This document shows positions 55,601 to 64,000 of a stretch of 64,000 nt of DNA, piece by piece (positions within the stretch are counted from its first letter, which is position 1; each line of letters begins with the position of its first letter). Origin of the DNA: Chrysomallon squamiferum (lineage: Eukaryota; Animalia; Mollusca). The DNA lies in NCBI GenBank assembly GCA_012295275.1, contig CM022671.1:372001-436000 (forward strand), written 5' to 3'. Position numbers and translations under genes: made by a program. The notes under the pieces are model-generated. The model saw only the letters and a list, made by a program, of their open reading frames with translations. It searched no databases and was not told where the DNA came from.

Positions 55601-56145
55601 CGCTCGCGCACAGCGTCACGCACAGTCATTCTTTGCAGGCGATTTCGAGGCTGCTTCGTGACGTCATACACCGTATAAGAATCTGTGGTTCCCTCGTGTG
55701 ACGACGTCGTTGCTCGTTTCACGTCCTCAGCACTCTGATGTCTTTTAGAAGATGAGGTTTTGTTGAGGTTGCTCTCAGAATTACTTCTCGATCTGCTTTC
55801 AGACCTGCTCTTCCTTTTAAACAAACCTGAAAACCGTTTTTTAGGAGCACCACTCGCGGGGTGTGGTTTGGGTTCGGGGTCGGGATTGTTGGAACAACTG
55901 TTTGGAACGACAGCTTCCGGCGTTTCGCCAGTCGCAGCCTCTCCACTATGTCTGTCGTCACCGTCAACGTCAACGTCAACGTCGCGGCCCGTGGAATGTG
56001 TTTGTTTTTTCTTTCGGCCGCGAGATTTGCGCTTCTTCTTGGAAACACTGGGGCCGGGTCTGTCCGTCTTCCTCCTGTCTTCGTCAACCTTCTCCGAGCT
56101 GTTCTCCCAGTTAGCCGAGATTCCATCCTGCCTCGTGGTATCCAT
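52656..56145 (-). CDS. K2P (two-pore-domain, KCNK/TWiK/TRESK-like) potassium channel, coding exon 1: long low-complexity N-terminus, M1, extracellular cap, first half of P1
   Basis: Open frame of 1163 codons plus 1 nt. First ATG is at 56145 (AGAATGG: -3 A, +4 G); the ORF-track start at 56199 is GTG. The C-terminal part is typical K2P: FLFSHIGLCSLVVAYTIMGGFIFKAIE (M1), helical cap with an NFT sequon, GWDG, then WSFASSLLYAITVMTTIG (pore helix 1). Ends at the donor ATA G|GTAAG (GT at 52655-52654). Confidence 0.93.
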
Positions 56146-56809
56146 TCTGCAGCCCACTGAGAGGAAATAGCACCGTGTTGTGAGAATAACACACTTCACA
56201 GAGAAACTCTCTTCATTCTCTTTTTCTCACCTTCAAAACCACCAGTCGGCCTCCCGTAGAATCTTGCATGTCGGAAACCAGCGTTTAACCAACACTCGTA
56301 CCCAGCGCATGGAGAAACCTGACTTTGTACAAACACTCACTGAGACTCGACACGACACCTACACGTGAGTGCGAGGATGTGGACGACAAATATAAAAAAT
56401 ATATATAAATATATCTCTACTGGGTTTTTTTCTCGTTCCAAAATTAATCTGTAGTTATTTATCCATCAGAAAAAACGTTAAGAGAATTTCCAAAAAAATC
56501 CAGAATCGTAGTAAAAAATAATTATTTCCTCCAAGAAGTCAATCACAGCAATGGAAACTACCATACTTCACAGAACAATTTGTAAATGATTATTATTTTT
56601 TATTTCTTAAATCACTTCCTCTTTTTTCCTAAATGACAGACTCCTTTAACGGAACACATAACCCACAAAAAGGAAAAAAAAATAACAAAAAAAGTAGAAA
56701 ATAAATAAACAAATAAATAAATAAATAAATAAATAAATAAATACACACCTTTCCTATAGGTATTCGACAGAGGAGAAGAGTAACGGGACTAATCACACTG
56801 TAACTTCTC

Positions 56810-57000
56810 CGATCACGTCTGTGCTAGCCAGGTTCTGTGTTCCTGTGTGCGCGGGTCTGCCTCGCCAGACTGACTGAACGAACGCGAAAGGGCATCACAA
56901 CTACTCGCAGAGCTGCCTGCCTACGTCACAGAAAGTGCAGAGAAACAGAGCGAACCCTGCTTCTCAAGCCCAACACGTTACAAGCGCGTTACGCGTGCAG
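56810..57000 (-). promoter_or_regulatory. Candidate core promoter of the K2P gene
   Basis: Local GC/CpG-rich patch about 0.7-0.85 kb upstream of the ATG. Minus strand reads TCAGTCAGTC (initiator-like TCAGTY, 56877-56868), with a CRE-like TGACGTAG at 56928-56921 and ACGCGT/GCGCG motifs near 56985-56996. Motif-level evidence only. Confidence 0.4.
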
Positions 57001-57157
57001 CTGATGAATTTTACTGTCAGTGAACTCGTAAAACTAAGTTCATCTGAAGAAACAAGAAAATTCTATTACCCAAGCAATTTTCATGGGACGAAATAGTATA
57101 TGGAAATATATCTTAAATAATTAGTATTGTTTGTGTATATATGTGTATGAATGTGTG

Positions 57158-57217
57158 TATATTTGTGTTTTCCAGTCTGTATATATATATATATAGAGAC
57201 TGGAAAACACAAATATA
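57158..57217. repeat. 60-bp near-perfect palindrome
   Basis: 21-bp arms TATATTTGTGTTTTCCAGTCT and AGACTGGAAAACACAAATATA, one G/G mismatch, self-complementary (TA)8 centre. Confidence 0.95.
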
Positions 57218-57764
57218 GAGACAGAGATACAAATATCGATGTATACAATATATATTTTCGGCAAAAATAAATTGGAATAACACATAAAACTATATTTAAT
57301 ACAATATTTATCTTAACAGATATGACCCGAATAAAATAAAATATAAACTAATATGTATTTAAATTCATATGGTGAAAACAACTGCAAAAAGCATTTTGAC
57401 ATAATCAAATTTAGAATCATTATTATGTAAGTATGTAAGTATATATATATATATAATATCATTAGTATAAAACCAAAACAACTAACAACAAGAATATATA
57501 AATCTATATTTAAAATAACAGGTATAGGAACTATAAAATTAATAACGTTTTTAAAACTATTTTTAAAATGTGTATTTGTGTGTATGTTAATTATATGAAA
57601 ACAAATTAAATACAAAGTAAAGTTTTATGCAAAACAACAAGTGCACATCTTTTTGTCCGTGGGTATTTGAAAAACAGAAAAACATTTGACTTAAAAAGTC
57701 ACTTATAAAAATCTGTGTCTTGTGTATTTGTCTATAGACATGCGTTCATTGTGTCCAGGAAGTT

Positions 57765-59222
57765 GTGTTTGTGTGAATGTAGATATATATATGTGTTTGT
57801 GTGAATGTAGATATATATTTGTGTTTGTGTGAATGTAGATATATATGTATGTGTTTGTGTGAATGTAGATATATGTGTATGTGTTTGTGTGAATGTAGAT
57901 ATATATGTGTTTGTGTGAATGTAGATATATGTGTGTTTGTGTGAATGTAGATATATGTGTGTTTGTGTGAATGTGTTTGTGTGAATGTAGATATATATGT
58001 ATTTGTGTGGCTGTAGATATATATATGTGTGTTTGTGAATGTAGATATATATATGTGTTTTGTCTGAATGTAGATATATATGTGTTTGTGTGAATGTAGA
58101 TATATATGTGTTTGTGTGAATGTAGATATATATGTGTTTGTGAATGTAGATATATATGTGTTTTGTGTGAATGTATATATGTGTATGTGTTTGTGTAGAT
58201 ATATATATGTTTGTGTGAATGTAGATATATATGTGTTTGTGTGAATGTGTTTGTGTGAATATATATGTGTGTTTGTGTGAATGTAGATATATATGTGTTT
58301 TGTGAATGTAGATATATATGTAGATATATATGTTTTGTGTGAATGTAGATATATGTGTTTGTGTGAATGTAGATATATATGTGTTTTGTGTGAATGTAGA
58401 TATATGTGTGTTTGTGTGAATGTGTGTTTTGTGTGAATGTAGATATATATGTGTTTTGTGTGAATGTAGATATATATATGTGTGTGAATGTGTTTGAATG
58501 TAGATATATATGTGTTTGTGTGAATGTAGATATATATATATGTGTTTGTTGTGTGTGTTTGTGTGAATGTAGATATATATGTGTTTGTGTGAATGTAGAT
58601 ATATATGTGTTTGTGTGGCTGTAGATATATGTGTGTTTGTGTGAATGTAGATATATATGTGTTTGTGTGAATGTAGATATATGTGTGTTTGTGTGAATGT
58701 AGATATATGTGTGTTTGTGTGAATGTAGATATATATATGTGTTTGAATGTAGATATATATGTATTTGTGTGGCTGTAGATATATATATGTGTGTTTGTGT
58801 GAATGTAGATATATATATGTGTTTGTCTGAATGTAGATATATATGTGTTTGTGTGAATGTACATATATATATATATATGTGTGTTTGTCTGAATGTAGAT
58901 ATATATGTGTTTGTGTGAAGGTAGATATATATGTGTTTGTGTGAATGTAGATATATATGTGTTTGTGTGAATGTAGATATATGTTTGTTTGTGTGAATGT
59001 AGATATATATGTGTTTGTCTGAATGTAGATATATATGTGTTTGTGTGAATGTAGATATATATGTGTTTGTGTGAATGTAGATATATATGTGTTTGTGTGA
59101 ATGTAGATATATATGTGTTTGTGTGAATGTAGATATATATGTGTTTGTGTGAATGTAGATATATATGTGTTTGTGTGAATGTAGATATATATGTGTTTGT
59201 GTGAATGTAGATATATATGTCT
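57765..59222. repeat. About 26-bp minisatellite, about 55 copies (GTGTGAATGTAGATATATATGTGTTT)
   Basis: Direct read; generates the spurious 501-aa ORF 57746-59251. Confidence 0.95.
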
Positions 59223-59302
59223 GTCTGCAAAGAGATATTAATAGAACACAAAATACAGTAAAGTATAAAAAAAAATTATGACAATACGTTCATTTGTTAA
59301 TC

Positions 59303-59365
59303 TGTGTGTGTGTGTGTGTGTGTGTGTCTGTGTGAGTACCTGTGTGTGTGCGTGTCTGTGTGAGT

Positions 59366-59400
<35 letters not shown>

Positions 59401-59563
59401 TACCTGTGTGTGCGTGTCTGTGTGAGTACCTGTGTGTGTGCGTGTCTGTGTGAGTACCTGTGTGTGTGTGTGTGTGTGTGTGTGTCTGTGTGAGTACCTG
59501 TGTGTGTGTGTCTGTGTGAGTACCTGTGTGTGTGTGTCTGTGAGTGTGTGTGTCTGTGAGTGT
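59303..59563. repeat. (TG)n-derived minisatellite punctuated by GAGTACC
   Basis: Direct read. Confidence 0.92.
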
Positions 59564-61433
59564 GATAATAAAATATATCATTAATTAAAACGGACAGACG
59601 TACGCTATACATATTATTTATTTATGTCTTGCTTTGCGTAATAAAAAACAGAATTCAACAAAAATAATGTAACAAAACAAATCATTGCAGCGACTTTATC
59701 AGAACATTTTAATACATATCAATGCTATAAAAAAGTTTAGACGAAGAAAAATTTAAAAAGATAAATTATATATTTAACTATAATCATTTACTTTAAAAAT
59801 ATATATAGGCTACAGCTGGAAACCTCATAAAAATGAAACTGATTTAAACAATGATTTAAAATATATATTTCTAAATATCAGACGTTTTTTAATATTTACT
59901 AGATTATATTTATGTCTATATGATAACTGGCTACAGCTTGATGGTTCTAATATGAGTGAACATTTTCTTCATGTATATTACAAACATACAGAAACTCCTT
60001 ACAATATTCATAGTTGTAAAAAAGAAAATATCTAGCACTTCGTTGATAGAGAAATGAAATATTACTTGGAAAATAATTAAAGACCGAAGAACGACTAAAA
60101 TTATCCCAGTGTTTTCAGTATAAGTTCTTCATGGATGAGTATGTATGACGCGTTATGTTATAAATCCAGTAACGTAACACGAAAGATATAAATGTATCAG
60201 AATAATCTGAGGAGAAAATAATATACATCTGTTTCTGTTACTTTCTGATAAGAAAATAAAAAATAAAATTAAAAAAATAACGTAAGTTACATAGATAAAT
60301 ATAAACAAGTTTACACAAGCACATACATAAATGTATACTACATATGTACGTGCTTGCATTATTATTGTTGTTGTTATTATTGTTTTTTCTTCTTTTTTTT
60401 TTGTGGATTTTTTAGAGGTGTTGTTTCGTTATGTTTTTATACTTTTTGACTTTTAGGAAATTTTTCATTTCTATCTTTTGTTATTATTTATTTATTTATA
60501 CTTCAAATAAGTTTTTTCCATTAGTAAACGTTTTATTTATTTATGTTTTTTTTTTTTTTTTATTATTATTATTTTGCATGTTTAATCCTTTTTTTGTTGT
60601 TTATTCTCTCTCTCTCTCTCTCTCTTATTTTTTTTTCTTTCTTTCTTTCTTATTATGTCTGACAATTTTTGTTTTTTGAAACCTCTTTTTTATTATTTAT
60701 TTTTTTTTTTTTTTCTTCTTCTTCTTCTTTATGGGGATTTTATTTCTCGTTTTTTTAAATCTTTCTTTATTATTTTTTATATATATATATTTTATTTTAT
60801 TTTTATTTTTTTAATTTTTTATTTATTTCTTCTTCTTTATGGGGATTTTATTTCTCTTTTTTTTAATCTTTCTTTATTATTTTTTAATTTTTTTTTTATT
60901 ATTTTTTTTTTAATTTTTTTTTTTTTTAATTTTTTTAATTTTTGTTTTTTTCATTGTTTATTCTAGATCAGACATGGACAACTTTTTTCGACAGCTTGTC
61001 CCAACACGCTCATACACGTGAAACACACCCGCGTCTGTTAGAGGTTTTTGTTTAACACACACACACACACATACACACACAATAAAGGTATTTTCGTCAC
61101 GGTAAATGAGGCGATAAATAGAAGTTCCTTATTCGTGTCTTTTTTTCTCTTTTATTTTTATTTTTATTTATTTTATTTTTTATTGTTATACATATTTCTT
61201 TTTTTTTTTTTTGTTTACGTTTATTTATTAAAATTTCCTTTTCTCCTCTTACCCTTTCTGATAGATTTTACACTAAAATAGTAACAAACTACATTTTTGT
61301 AATAACTGTGACAGTTTAGGTTTCTGGTTACTTATCTGTCTTCTGGTTGTTTCTTTTGTTTGTTTGTTGTTGTTTTTTTTTGTTGTTGTTTTTTTTATTT
61401 ATATACATTATTATTATTATTATTATAAATGTG

Positions 61434-61465
<32 letters not shown>

Positions 61466-62223
61466 TATATATATTTATTATTATTATTATTATTATTATA
61501 TGTGTGTGTATTTATATACACACATATAATAATAATAATAATAAATGTATATAAATAAAATAAATAACAAAAAATATATAGATACTGTTTTTGTTATTCA
61601 TACTGTTTATTATTGTTATTGTTGTTGTTGTTATTATTATACTGATGTTATTGTAAACTATTATTACTACTAATATTATTGTTGTTGTTGTTCTTGCCGT
61701 TGTTGTTCTTGTGATTTGTTGTTATATTTTCCTTTCTTTATTATTATCATTTACAAAAACGAAAGAAGCGTTGTAATAAATTCTTCGTACGTCACGTGAG
61801 CTTGTGCGTCTGTGCGCTCAAACGAAAAAGTGTTCAGGACAGAAACTGAGCCCGGGGGGAGAGAGAAAACAAGATGGTGTCACTGACACACGCACGTCAC
61901 GACGTACGTAAACCGCGGACGAATCCGAGAGAAGCGTAACACTGGCCGAGATTAGGTCCGCGTTTTATCACTTCCGCCTCAGCCATAAAACAGCAACGAC
62001 GATAAAACGCAGATAACAGCGCGGAAAACGTACCAGGCCTTTAAAAGTGTGTTAGTGGAAATATCACTGCACGGAGAAAAGAGAAAACAAAATGAGAGAA
62101 GAAAGTAGCAGTAATAATAATAATGATAATAATGATGAAATCCAGACTGCTCTTCGTAAACGTAGTGTTATACTGGTTCTAGAGTTACGTTTAGTTTTTA
62201 GTATTCGTACTTTGTTTAGTTTT

Positions 62224-62271
<48 letters not shown>

Positions 62272-62829
62272 CACTCACAAATATACATATGCACTCATAC
62301 GCACACTCACATATACACACATACACACACATATATTAACACACATACATACATTCATAAACGTATATACACACTCATACATTTTATTAGAACTATATTT
62401 GCTAACAAAATATATCAGCCTTGCCCACAATTGCCCGAGAAGCTGGTTATTTTTGTGATTATTTATGTTGTATCACTGATTACCTATATAATTAATTAAA
62501 TTTGTCGTACACAGATATACTGTGTTTACATCGAAAACAAATTATTATCAAGTAATGAATTGTCTGTAACTGCTCTAAGTTTTAGACAGCTTAAAAGCTT
62601 TTAAACATTATCTCTGTTGTTAAATATTTATTTATTTATTTATTTATTTATTTATTATGTACATATATTTAAAAAAAAAAAACACAAATACGTTATCTGC
62701 TATGAAGTTGTTGTTTTTTTTCATCTTATTTAATTACCTTTTTAATATTTTTTTCTTTCTTCCTTTATTTTTATTTTTCATCTACAGAAAATAATTTTAT
62801 ACATTATAAAAAAGTAACAGACAAAGCAA

Positions 62830-63015
62830 CAGAGAACAAGACAGATAGACACAGAACGACAGAGAGAAAGACATAGAGAAAGACAGATAGACACAGAACG
62901 ACAGAGAGAAAGACATAGAGAAAGACAGACAGTCACAGAACGACAGAGAGAAAGACAGATAGACAGAGGGAGAACCACAGAGACAGAGAGTCTGCAGAGA
63001 GACAGACAGAAAGAC
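62830..63015. repeat. Purine-rich tandem repeat, about 42 bp x3-4 (AGACAGATAGACACAGAACGACAGAGAGAAAGACATAGAGAA)
   Basis: Direct read. Confidence 0.85.
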
Positions 63016-64000
63016 AAACACACGGACAGAGGGAGTGAGAGAGATCCGTGAAACAGACCGCATCCTCGGGCAGGATTGGCACGAGCTAGGAAACACGTGA
63101 CTAACACAAAGGTTACTCAGTAATCCTCTGGCTTCAGTCATGTTCTTTTAATAAGCATAATTGTAAACACGCGTAGATTAAAAGATTTTGAATAACTGTA
63201 ATAAACCCTGTTAACTTAGGTAAAAAAGCAGGATTTTTGTTTTTGAAAAATTCACTAATATTCTTAGTGCTCATTTACCCAGTTTTTTATAATTTTTCAT
63301 ATTACCTGCTGAAAAATTAAACTTGTTGGTCGTCTCATTTATAAATAAACAACATCATGGTTCTTCTTTTCCACATAGAAACACGCCAAAGAAAAACTAC
63401 AGAATCGTGTCTGAGCGTCTGCTGTCTTTAGTATAAACATAAGAAGTCAGATTAACGACGCAAACAACAGATTATTAATCTGCGATTAGATGGCATAATG
63501 CATAAAGTGAAGGAAGAAACATATTAAAAGATAACAAAGCCGTGAGTTATTATTAATTATTTTTCCATTAACAGCAAAGGATTTTTTTTATATAACAACC
63601 TTCTCATAAGCTGCAGATGAAAGTACTCATTTTCATCTTTGATAAACTAGTCCCGAGAACGGGAAATAGTACAAAGTGCGGGTGCTAGAGGATTGATCCT
63701 CCGATCCTCCGAGCCAGACACGAGTGTTAGGCGTGGCAGGGATGTATAATCATAAATCTTCTTCGATAAACAGCTCACACTGTCCCAGCTGGAACCGCGA
63801 GTTAGGATACGCAGTCTGGGTTTGTGTTTATGTTGCAGTGATGTTGAAAACACACTCGCGGATTATGTTTGACAATACTCGCTGTGTTTGTGAAATGAGA
63901 TATTAAAAACGCTGTATCCACTAAGTTTATCACGAGATCGTACGAAAAGAAAATGTGTTTTCTGCTCAGAAACAATAGCGTCCCAATTAGACGTTCATTA

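Noticed and set aside
52753-56192. Multiple plus-strand and alternate-frame ORFs overlapping exon 1
   Set aside because: Shadows of the long K2P reading frame; no recognisable motifs.
56146-56199. ORF-track start MKCVIL… at 56199
   Set aside because: It is a GTG; the first ATG, in good Kozak context, is at 56145.
57746-59251. 501-aa ORF rich in H/T/Y/I
   Set aside because: Translation of the 26-bp minisatellite, which lacks stops on that strand; no protein-like complexity.

Overview
AT-rich, microsatellite-dense eukaryotic (animal) genomic DNA. The repeat landscape and channel sequence look invertebrate, possibly molluscan; that assignment is inference. The whole window is essentially one minus-strand gene, a two-pore-domain potassium channel (K2P/KCNK, invertebrate TWiK/TRESK-like). 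It has two coding exons: 56145-52656 (about 1035-aa disordered N-terminus, M1, cap, first half of P1) and 3648-3040 (rest of P1, M2, M3, P2, M4). They are joined across a 49,007-bp GT-AG intron that interrupts the first Gly of the TIGYG selectivity filter. As assembled, exon 2 has one extra base (3253-3255) just before the second filter (LSTIGFGD); removing it gives a 1365-aa channel ending in a PDZ-type SSV. Most notable: the very large N-terminus carries a TRESK-like calcineurin/14-3-3 motif set (PDIIIS...FLTAP...RSFS/RRSNS), PP1-like motifs and SP repeats; the frameshift itself; an apparent excess of CRE palindromes with a bZIP-site cluster in the intron; structured minisatellites; degenerate tRNA/SINE-like pieces; and a 60-bp palindrome upstream of a candidate promoter. 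No prokaryotic system, CRISPR array or transposase ORF is supported. Most other listed ORFs are translated simple repeats or antisense shadows; the rest are short and show no recognisable motif.
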